Shown here: positions 1 to 10,106 of the stretch, piece after piece | Layout of the letters: every line of letters begins with the position of its first letter | Numbering within the stretch: position 1 is the first letter of the stretch | Source: Octopus bimaculoides | Taxonomy: Eukaryota | Reading direction: 5' to 3' | DNA: 56,110 nt | Assembly: GCF_001194135.2 (NCBI RefSeq) | Contig: NC_068982.1 | Coordinates: forward strand, 143,229,343 to 143,285,452 | Program-made: the position numbers and the translations under genes | Notes under the pieces: model-generated | Databases searched by the model: none | Told to the model about the DNA's origin: nothing | The model's input: only the letters and a program-made list of their open reading frames with translations

Positions 1-84
1 AGGGTTGTTGTGATCGATTTAACCCCTTCCTCAAACTTACAGGCCTTGTGCCAAAATTTGAAATCAGTATTGTGTAGGGGCTAT

Positions 85-300
85 GGCGGCAGGTTGACGG
101 AATCGTTAGCACGCCAGGCAATATGCATAGCGGAATTTCGTTCATTTTTACCTTCTGAGTTCAAACGCCGCCAAGGTCAACTTTGCCTTTCATCCTTTCG
201 TGCTCGATAAAGTGAGTACCAGTTGAGTACTGGTGTCGATGTAATCGATTTACCCCTTCCCCTTACTTGCTGGCCTTGTGCCAAAATTTGAAATCAATAT
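85..300 (+). mobile_element. tRNA-derived SINE, family A. A 3' tail of another copy lies at 1-70 and a degenerate copy at ~308-415.
   Basis: Head ggcggc..gaatcgttagcacgcc with B-box-like gagttcaaa, body gtcaactttgcctttcatcc...gtaccagttgagtactgg, tail ggccttgtgccaaaatttgaaatc (also at 42-65). More than ten related copies occur in the window. Confidence 0.85.
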
Positions 301-1089
301 TCTGTAGAGGCTAGCAGCTTCGTTAGTAAACCAGACAAAATACCTTTCAAACTTCGGCTGTAGCTTCTTGCTTTGAGTTCAAATCGCACCACCGTCAACT
401 TTGTTTCCCATCTTTCCAAGAAGCAAACTCCTTATCACGCAGCCAAGCGTCTTCTTTCATGTTTTATAGCAGATGAAGATAAATCGTACATATTTCAGCC
501 GGTTTCATCACATGAATATGAATAACTGTCACCAACCGTTGCAGTCTGTACGTCATAACTGATATAAGCGTTGGTCGGTTTGTTATGGCTGGTTGGTTGA
601 TTGGTTTGTTTCTACAGTCACACTTTACATTGCAGAGAGACTGTGGGAGAGGATGTAAAAAGGAAATACCGAAAGAGTTAACATAACAAGCATTAAATGA
701 ACGTCTTAAAACTTTCTGAAAAACACGAAATTTTTAATGACGAAATTTTACAGCGACAGATTTTCAATGGAGTAGATTGCAATTATCTTGATAAAATCTA
801 GAAAAATAAGACATATTTATTGCAAATATACAAATGATGAATTTGTTTTATGTAGTATTTATTTTAAGATAATAAATAGGTTTTTGTTTCTTTAGAAAAT
901 TAGTATTCATTTCATCATTTCGTATAAGCAACGAGAAATTTGATGAGAGCTAAATCAGAATTTATTGTATACCAATAATACTGATGGAGACAAAAGTATC
1001 CTTCCAAAAATTATCCGTCATAAGAAGGGTAACTCTTAAAATCAGTGGTTTTGATTGGGGTCCACATCACCCTTGGCGGATCCCTACTA

Positions 1090-1487
1090 TTTTACTATTT
1101 CACTCGTTTCAGTCATTTGACTGCGGCCATGCTGGAGCACCGCCTTTAGTCGAGAAAATCGACCCCAAGGCTTATTCTTTGTAAGCCTAGTACTTATTCT
1201 ATCGGCCCCTTTTGCCGAACCGCTATGTTACGGGGACGTAAACACACCAGCATCGCTTGACAACCGATGCTGGTGGGTGGACAGACACACAAACATATAC
1301 ACACACACATACATATACACATATACGACGGGCTTCCTTCAGTTTCCGTCTACCAAATCCACTCACGAGGCTTTTGTCGGCCCGAGGCTATAGTAGAAGA
1401 CACTTGCCCAAGGTGCCACGCAATGGGATGCACCCGGAACCATGTGGCTCGTAAGCAAGCTACTTACCACACAGCCACTCCTGCGCC
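1090..1487 (-). mobile_element. tRNA-derived SINE, family B, full length
   Basis: Minus head ggcgcaggagtggctgtgtggtaag (A box) ... gggtgcatccc. Internal (TA/CA)n tract, 3' gcggtgctccagcatggccgcagtcaaatgactgaaac and a short-repeat tail. Closely similar to 1709-2170 and 24525-25014. Confidence 0.9.
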
Positions 1488-1708
1488 ATATAAAATTTAG
1501 TTATTCAAGTTTATGTGTAGTAAATTGGATACATATCAATAATACGTAATATATTTTAAGGTTTTTTTTTTTTTTACACAATTACAAATAATATTTAATT
1601 ATACAAATATAATCGGAGTTTTATTAAAACATTGTACGGATATGAAGGTCCAGCAGAGTATGATAGGAAGGGAAGGGATTCATAAGCAAAAAGGGGTTGG
1701 AAAACAGT

Positions 1709-1944
1709 CTTTTACTCTTTTACCTGTTCCAGTCTTTTGACAGTGGCCATGCTGGAGCACCGCCTTTTAGTCGAGCAAATCGACCTCAGGACTTATTCTT
1801 TGGAAGCCTAGTACTTATTCTATCGGTCTCTTTTGCTGAACCGCTAAGTTACGGGGACGTAAACACACCAGCATTGGGTGTCAAGCGATGTTGGGGGACA
1901 AACACAGATACACAAACATACATACACACACACANNNNNNNNNN

Positions 1945-2007
<63 letters not shown>

Positions 2008-2170
2008 CAACGGGCTTCTTTCAGTTTCCATCTACCAAATCCACTCACAACGCATTGATGAGCTCGAAGCTATAGTAGAAGACACTTGCCCAAGGTGCCA
2101 CGCAGTGGAAATGAACCCGGAACCATGTGGTCGGTAGGCAAGCTACTTACAACACAGCCACTCCTGCGCC
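1709..2170 (-). mobile_element. SINE family B, full length, with expanded internal (CA)(TA)(GA) microsatellite and short gap
   Basis: Collinear with 1090-1487. Confidence 0.9.
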
Positions 2171-2440
2171 CATACTGTTCAATATATGAATATAAGTTGT
2201 GTCGCATTGAATCTCTCGTCTGCAGTCTTAAATGTTGTGGTTGCTGTTTAAATGAGTTTCGTTTTTCTAGTCATTGGTATTACATTGACGGATCCCAAGT
2301 TCTTTCCTGTCTAACTGATCAATGTCCAAATATGCCATGCTGCAGCTGATGTGAACCCCTCATTAAATGATATTCAGTCTGAGGTCGACACAGTTATGTT
2401 TTGCTACCCAGAAAAACAAAAATTTAAATATCCAGTAATT

Positions 2441-2834
2441 CTTTTCTACTAAAGGCACAAGGCCTGAAATTTTGGGGGAGGGGGACTAGTCGATGAGATC
2501 GACTCCAGTACGTAACTGATACTTAATTTTCAGACCCTCGAAGGGATGAAAGGCAAAGTCGACCTCGGCGGAATTTGAACTCAGATTAAATACCGCTAAG
2601 CATTTCTTATTTCTATTTTGCCTACAAGGGGCTAAACATAGAGGGGAAAAACAAGGACAAAGGGATTAAGTCGATTACATCGACCCCAGTACGTAACTGG
2701 TACTTAATTTATTGACCCCGAAAGGATGAGAGGCAAAGACGACCTCGGCGGAGTTTGAACTCAGAACGTAGCGACGACCGAAATATCGCTAGGCATTTCG
2801 CCCGGCGTACTAATATTTCTGCTAGCTCGCCGCC
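2441..2834 (-). mobile_element. Two abutting family A SINEs with different 3' tails (2441-2606 lacking head; 2607-2834 complete)
   Basis: Both contain ggatga(a/g)aggcaaag(t/a)cgacctcggcgga(a/g)tttgaactcaga. The tails differ (aaggcacaaggcctgaaatttt vs cctacaaggggctaaacatagagggg). Confidence 0.85.
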
Positions 2835-3481
2835 TTTAAATGTTCAGTAATTAAACATATATACATATCTACTTATTTCTTTATGTTAGATTTATACACA
2901 CCTATTCATCTATCTACCCCTGTTTCTCTTTATCTCTTTATTTCTCTCACACTTTCTCTTCCACGCTCACCCTCCTTCGCCCTTTCTCCCCCCTATCATT
3001 GTTACAGAGGTTGTCGTTTTTATTGTTTAAGTTCCATGCAGACCTTCATCGAGCGGTCCTACAATCAATCTCATTGAACCGTGTCCGACTTTGCTTTTAT
3101 TGTAATATGTGTAATAAATCGATTCAGTATGCTGAAGTGAAGAGGTGAAGAATGCAGTGAAACATTGTCCAAACGACAACTATTCCAAGATAATTTAATA
3201 TGATATCAAAATAATTTAATATAACCTATTCGTCAGTTGATAAATAAAATCAGAGTTTTGTGTGTTTCGGTATGTATTTGTGTGTCAGAAGAAATGATGC
3301 AGGCCAATGGTTTGTACTTTTACCTTGCATTTCAATATTTTAAGATTAAAACTTCTTTTTCATGAAAGTTTCGGAGAAATGGTATTGTAAGATGAATTCT
3401 TTGCTTTGTAGTATGGTATATTAGGGGTTACTTTGCGTTGCTACAGTAGCCAAGCAGCGACTATAATATACATACATACAT

Positions 3482-3547
<66 letters not shown>

Positions 3548-4925
3548 CTAGAAAGGCAGACAGAGAGAAACAAATGAACACAGAAAATGTAATCAGTATT
3601 TTATGTTTTGGATAGTATACACTTGTTTTTGTAAGCCGACTACCGTTATTACCTAAACCGGTCAAATCTAATAGCAACACAGTGCTGTTGACACGCTTCC
3701 TCAGCATTGCCAAAAGGAAACTGTATAAATAAAATTACAAACTCTATATACACCACTATGTAAATTATATACCATCTGCTTATTGCAGCAGAATAGAGTG
3801 GGTGAATATATATAATTATTGCCAAATTACCAACGAACATCAGAAATGATTTAAACGAATAATATACCATAGGATCTCTAGTGTTAGAACTGATATGATA
3901 CCAAGGGGCTTAGTAAAACGGAATTCGTATACAGTACATGTATGAAATTATATGTATGAAATATGTAACTCTTCGTCTTTATCGCTATCTGTATGTAGAT
4001 ACATATGAGCGTGCATGTGTGGTGTGTAAGTGGGTATGTATATCGTAACATTCCTCCAAGTCAAATGTGTGGTGTTACTTCCAGCTCAATTCTCATCAAA
4101 CACGCATTTATTTAGAAACACTCCATCCGTGACCACCTCGACCTGTTACAGTGCATACATAACCAAATCCACCAACGTGTTCTCTACCAAATTTCTAAGA
4201 TAATATGTTCTTTGAGATAGATATAAATTCTATTTTTTTCTTTCTGCGACACAAATATAAGTGTCCAAAGCAATTCAGTCACATGGAGACCAACACCCCG
4301 TCCCCACATCAGATATCGGCACTTTGTACTTAGTTCTCAAGTACAATCTGATGTATCTACACGACAGCTAAGTAATGCATGACATCTTGCAATATATTGA
4401 CAATTTTCCTCTTCCGCAATCAAAATAATAAAAAAAAAGAAGCATTGGATTTGATCTCCTGACCTGTGATTATATTGACTGATATTTTATCAAATAGGCC
4501 ACACGGCCACCATAATCAATTACATGCTAACTTCGTTTCTCCCTGCTCTCCTCTCTCTGTCTCTCTCTGTCTCGCACACACACATTTTCTCTTTTCTATA
4601 CATACATACATACATACATACATACATACATTTGCAGGTGTATACTTGTAGGTATGCATGTATATATACGTGAATGTGACTGGTTGAGTAGATAGATAGA
4701 TAAATGTACAGATATTCATACATACAGGCATACATACATACATACACACACACGTGTGTGTTTGTGTGTGTGCGTGTTTGTGTGTGCGTGTGCGTGTTTG
4801 TGTGTGTATCTAGGCCGCTTTCATTTACTGTTCCTGCCTCTCTCACTCTCATTCACTTCTGCTAATCCATTCCCATCTCCCTCTTCTTTCTTTCCCTCTC
4901 CCTCTCTCTCTCTCTTTCTTTCTCT

Positions 4926-4967
<42 letters not shown>

Positions 4968-5406
4968 AACAAATTATCCATTGCTTCCTCCATAAATTAT
5001 AATCGGTTTACAGTACGTTCGCGACCGGCAGTACATCCCTCTTCATTTTCCCAGCAGATGTCAAACTATTGAATTATTTAACAAAGAATTCAAAATATTT
5101 CCTACAACGTTCAGTTCAGGATTTAGAGAGATACAAATTATATTATAAATATTTTATGAATATGAAACATGTTTTGGATTATTATGTAAGCCAAATGACT
5201 TATTTTCCCCTATCACATAAATCATGTCGTAACTTTTAAAATTGCTGTCTCTATAGGCATATTTTCATGGACGCAACCATATCTATCAGTCCCCATCTCT
5301 CTCTCCCTCTCTTTTTTTCTCTCTCTTTCTCTTTTTCTCTCTCTCTCTCTCTCTTTCTCTCTATCTATCTATCTATCTCTCTCACTATACACATATATCT
5401 CCTCTC

Positions 5407-5619
5407 TCTTTACTCTTTTACGTCTTTCAGTCATTTGACCGCGGCCATGCTGGAGCACAGCCTTTAGCTGAGCAATTCGACCACAAGACTTATTCTTTGT
5501 AAACCTAGTACCTATTCTATCGGTTTCTTTTGCCGAACCGCTGGGTTACGGGGACGTAAACACACCAGCATTGGTTGTCAAACGATGTTGGGGGGACAAA
5601 CACAGACACACAAACATAT

Positions 5620-5655
<36 letters not shown>

Positions 5656-5689
5656 GTATGTATACGACGGGCTTCTTTCAGTTTCCGTC
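5407..5689 (-). mobile_element. SINE family B lacking the tRNA head, abutting an RTE fragment
   Basis: Matches the 3' two-thirds of 1090-1487 and stops at gtttccgtc. Confidence 0.85.
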
Positions 5690-5988
5690 AGCGTTTTGTG
5701 CGCTTGTCTTCTTCCAATTCACTGTAAAACAGCCTTTTGGGTAGTCGATTGTCAGGCATTCGAACCAAGCGGACTACTCACCTGACTTACGCTCTCCTCA
5801 GCAGTGTGTAAATGTCTGGCAGATCAGCTCAAGAGAGGACCTACTTTTTCCAGGTGATTTTCGACACCTTTTTAAGACAGTTTATGTGGAAGCGGCTCAG
5901 TTGTTGTACGTGGCGTTCGTAAACCGTTCAAGACTCGCAGCCATACAATAAGTGTGGTGAGATGAAGAGCCGAGCAAGGTGAGAATGT
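5690..5988 (-). pseudogene. RTE-clade (BovB-like) LINE reverse-transcriptase C-terminal fragment
   Basis: Minus translation LLYGCES*TVYERHVQQLSRFHINCLKKVSKITWKK...LPDIYTLLRRA...VRMPDNRLPKRLFYSELEEDKR, matching the RTE pattern LLYGCETW...RMPDxRLPKxxFYGEL, with stops and frameshifts. Confidence 0.85.
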
Positions 5989-6185
5989 CTGAAAAGATGA
6001 GTTATAAGACTAGAGCTCTGAGGTAAGGAGACCATTATTGTAGCGAGGCTGAATAAGATTAATCAGCTTACGGAACAGTCTATGATATATACACCATTGA
6101 TAGGTTCATATAATCAGACAGACAGATTGATAGACAGACGGACAGATAGATAGGTAGGTAGGTAGATAGATAGAAATAGATTTAT

Positions 6186-6187
<2 letters not shown>

Positions 6188-6248
<61 letters not shown>

Positions 6249-7050
6249 NNNNNNNNNNNNNNNNNNNNNNNNNNNNNNNNNNNNNNNNNNNNNNNNNNNN
6301 NNNNNNNNNNNNNNNNNNNNNNNNNNNNNNNNNNNNNNNNNNNNNNNNNNNNNNNNNNNNNNNNNNNNNNNNNNNNNNNNNNNNNNNNNNNNNNNNNNNN
6401 NNNNNNNNNNNNNNNNNNNNNNNNNNNNNNNNNNNNNNNNNNNNNNNNNNNNNNNNNNNNNNNNNNNNNNNNNNNNNNNNNNNNNNNNNNNNNNNNNNNN
6501 NNNNNNNNNNNNNNNNNNNNNNNNNNNNNNNNNNNNNNNNNNNNNNNNNNNNNNNNNNNNNNNNNNNNNNNNNNNNNNNNNNNNNNNNNNNNNNNNNNNN
6601 NNNNNNNNNNNNNNNNNNNNNNNNNNNNNNNNNNNNNNNNNNNNNNNNNNNNNNNNNNNNNNNNNNNNNNNNNNNNNNNNNNNNNNNNNNNNNNNNNNNN
6701 NNNNNNNNNNNNNNNNNNNNNNNNNNNNNNNNNNNNNNNNNNNNNNNNNNNNNNNNNNNNNNNNNNNNNNNNNNNNNNNNNNNNNNNNNNNNNNNNNNNN
6801 NNNNNNNNNNNNNNNNNNNNNNNNNNNNNNNNNNNNNNNNNNNNNNNNNNNNNNNNNNNNNNNNNNNNNNNNNNNNNNNNNNNNNNNNNNNNNNNNNNNN
6901 NNNNNNNNNNNNNNNNNNNNNNNNNNNNNNNNNNNNNNNNNNNNNNNNNAAGATCCTTCATTATCATCATCATCAGCAGCAGCAGCAGCACCACCACCAC
7001 CACCACCACCACCACCACCATCTTCTTCCTCGTCGTCGTCGTCGCCGCCA
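6188..7050. repeat. (TG)n, N gap 6249-6950, compound trinucleotide repeat. Representative of the gaps at 12929-13237, 19587-19870, 23788-23887, 27007-27551, 32299-33044, 35957-36018, 52937-52946, 54516-54835.
   Basis: Visible directly. Nearly every gap is bordered by a microsatellite on at least one side, and all X-rich ORFs in the track are artefacts of these gaps. Confidence 0.95.
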
Positions 7051-7317
7051 CTTATGATTTGTAATCCAGCCCCGGTAAAGATTAAAATAGCCATTATTGC
7101 ACATTAAAAGGTATTTCATAATCTCTCCATCCTATATCTCTTAATGGAATTATCTAATAATTTGATGACCTTACGTAACTCTGTTTATTTGGGTTAATAA
7201 AAGTTTTGCGACTGGTTATGAGAATTCTCAAACTTTGACAGATTTAAGCCGAAATGAAGCCAAGTCTTTATCAAGGTATTTACTGTTGACTATTAATGTG
7301 ATTCTTCTTCATCTTTT

Positions 7318-7797
7318 ATGTTTTCTTCTAATTGTTTAAGTCATTAGATTGCGGCCATGCTGGGGCACCAACTTGAAAGGTATAGTCAAACAAATCGACA
7401 CCCTGTACTACCTTTACGTCTGATAATCATTCTATCGGTGTCTATTGGAGACTTAAACAAACACCACCGGTTGTCAAGCGATGTGGGGTGGCAAACACAG
7501 ACACGAATACATAAATATATTTCATGTATGTATGTATGTAGTTGGTTGAAATTTACAGAAAAACAAAGAGACGAAGACGGGTGTATAAACAACAGGCAGG
7601 TGTATTAGTTTGACGCTCGGAAAGGTGAGAAAGTCTTTTACGTTTCGAACCTCCGCTCGTCAACAAAAAGGAACACAAAGAAATAAACAGAGAGACTATG
7701 TATGTATGTATGTGTGTATCCACGGTGGTATTCCTCACGATTTTACTCAGACGACATTGGTCTGCTCATGGCCGTATTAGAAGATACTTGCCCAAGT
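7318..7797 (-). mobile_element. Degenerate family B SINE split by a family F insertion
   Basis: The 3' part at 7318-7520 has gcggccatgctggggcacc and cggttgtcaagcgatg. A remainder at ~7720-7797 has agaagatacttgcccaag. Confidence 0.65.
7541..7697. mobile_element. Repeat family F (Penelope-type, hammerhead-like motif)
   Basis: ggtgtattagtttgacgctcggaaaggtgagaaagtcttttacgtttcga matches the reverse complement of 56040-56110. Confidence 0.7.
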
Positions 7798-8558
7798 AGT
7801 TGTTGAAATAATCTATGTTTGATACACATAATCGATTTTATATTTTATGCTCTGAGTTCAATACTCATCGCAAACGACTATACTCATCCGATTGCGTGAG
7901 TATAGCAGATCGAGAGAATTTGGCATTAATTTTGTGCTGGAGTGGAAGCTGTTAACATAACTCCTCTCCTCGAATTTAATATCTCTGTGCGTAAATTAGA
8001 ATGTTTATTTATAATTAGTAAGATTAAATATATTACATTCATCCTAGATTAGTAACTTTTAGGTAAGAATAATTAATTGTATTAGAATATCAATTGATAA
8101 ATATCGAATATAGGGCTAATGGCATATGAGCTAAATCTTTGGAATATTCAGCTGGTTACTGAGTAATTTCACGAATAACTACTCAGTTACTCGAAACGAA
8201 TGCTCATCGTTTTAACCAACGGAGAACCCCCTATATTTTGTGGCCGTATTTGTATGAAATGATACACATATAAATATTTCCCTGTTAGACCTCAAGATAC
8301 ACCTTTACTAAATTCCCCGTCAAGGAGTAAATTTTCCTCTTACTTGAAGTTCTCTACGAAAGCCATGATTTATAATTACTGATATTCCCTAGAAGCTATC
8401 CTTAAGTTGTACAACTGTGTTTATCTCTTGTTGTCTACAGAAAGTTTACAAACAAAGCTGCCCGGCACATACGTAAGCGATGCACACTGTCTACGGTGTC
8501 TAAGGGAGGCAACTCTACAGTACCTAAGAGACATCGACATCACATAATACCAAGACAT

Positions 8559-8930
8559 TTGTTGGCACTCCGTCGCTTACGACGTCGAGGATTCCAGTTG
8601 ATCCGATCAAAGGAAAGCCTGCTCGTGAAATTAACGTGCAAGTGGCTGAGCACTCCACAGATACGTGTACCCTTAACGTAGTTCTCGGGGAGATTCAGTG
8701 TGACAAGCCTGGCCCTTTGAATTACTGGCACAACAGAAACAAGAAGTAAGAGTGAAAGAAAGTTGTGGTGAAAGAGTACATCAGAGTTCGGCACCATCCC
8801 CTGCTGGAGCGTCGTGGAGCTTTTAGGTGTTTTCGCTCAATAAACACTCACAACGCCCGGTCTGGGAAACGAAACTGCGATCCTATGACCGCGAGTCCGC
8901 TGCCCTAACCACTGGGGCATTGCGCCTACA
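8559..8930 (-). mobile_element. tRNA-derived SINE, family C, full length
   Basis: Minus head ggcgcaatgccccagtggttagggcagcggactcgcggtc (A box) ... tttcgtttccc. Collinear with 9708-10106. Confidence 0.9.
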
Positions 8931-8957
8931 CAACACCAACACATAACACCAACACAT

Positions 8958-8990
<33 letters not shown>

Positions 8991-9012
8991 GCTGAACGAT
9001 GTGCAGCAGTAA

Positions 9013-9185
9013 TATAAACCAACGAGGGAGCCTCTTAGTCTGTGTTTCACCTGCAAGATAGAGGAGGTTGCTCTAAATACTATATTCATACTTACACCGT
9101 CGCGAAAAAAATGAATGGATTGTCATGGATGGATAACTTATGATCATATGTTTGTTACATCATAACTGACTCGAGCTTAAACACA
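9013..9185 (-). repeat. Old interspersed repeat family E. Other copies at ~17270-17455 (+), ~18840-18990 (-), ~30845-31000 (+), ~31115-31300 (+), ~50782-51000 (+).
   Basis: Shared degenerate blocks such as gatcaaagcattccagccatgacc-like, ga(a/g)atttggttgc(t/c)atttctag and gaggctccctcgttgg recur in these intervals. Confidence 0.5.
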
Positions 9186-9707
9186 GCAGCAACCACATCT
9201 GTATAGTAATAATACCTTTATTCTGTGTAAAGCCCTGAAACTTTCTTGACTTTTAAAATGAAGCTATTTTACAAAAAAAGAACAAGAAAAAGAAAACCTG
9301 CTCTGCCCACTTTCCACAATTCTCATAGCAACCATTCCTCGATGCTAATTAAGATGCTAATTAGCATTCCTAAAAAAAAAATCAGGTCATTACATTTGAG
9401 CCATTTTAACTTCTACTTCCACAATGTAATGAAGTGAAACATGAAATTATTATCATATAAATTAGTTTATACAAGAAACCATATTTCGTTAACAAATTTT
9501 GATCCAAATAATTGGATTCTTCAAATATGATGTGTGGTATATGTAAAATAAATCCAGGTTTACTAGAGATTTAGGAATTACCTAAACTTGGAGTTAGGGA
9601 TTATGTAAGACATTCTCCATGTTAAGTTAAACAGCGCTATGGAATATTTAGAAAGCTAATTAATCCTACTCTATACAGGTATATATACTAGTGTGTATGC
9701 TTTGGCT

Positions 9708-10106
9708 TGTGGAGGCGCAATGGTCCAGTGTTTAGGGCAGCAGACTCGTGGCCATAGTATCGCGGTTTCGATTCCCAGACCGGGCGTTGTGGGTATTCAT
9801 TGAGCGAAAACACCTAAAGCTCCACGAGGTTCCAGCAGGGGATGGTGGCGAATCCTGCTGCATTCTTTCACCACAACTTTCTCTCACTCTTACTTCCTGT
9901 TTCTGTTGTGCCTGTTACAGGCACAACAGGGTCAGCATTGTCACACTGTGTCACGCTGAATATCCCCGAGAACTACGTTAAGGGTACACGTGTCTGTGGA
10001 GTGCTCAGCCACTTGAACGTTAATTTCACGAGAAGGCTGTTCCGTTGATCGGATCAACTGGAACCCTCGACGTCGTAAGCGACGGAGTGCCAACAACAAC
10101 AACAAC
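9708..10106 (+). mobile_element. SINE family C, full length, with (CAA)n tail and ~83-bp flanking direct repeats
   Basis: Head tggtccagtgtttagggcagcagactc...ggtttcgattccc (A and B boxes), 3' gttccgttgatcggatcaactggaac hairpin, (caa)5 tail. Confidence 0.92.

Noticed and set aside
85-300. tRNA genes suggested by A/B-box motifs in SINE heads
   Set aside because: No full cloverleaf. The motifs continue into long shared repeat bodies, so these are SINEs.
6114-7107. Long ORFs (up to 326 aa) in the ORF track, and all other X-containing ORFs
   Set aside because: They run through N gaps and microsatellites (poly-HT, CV, YI).
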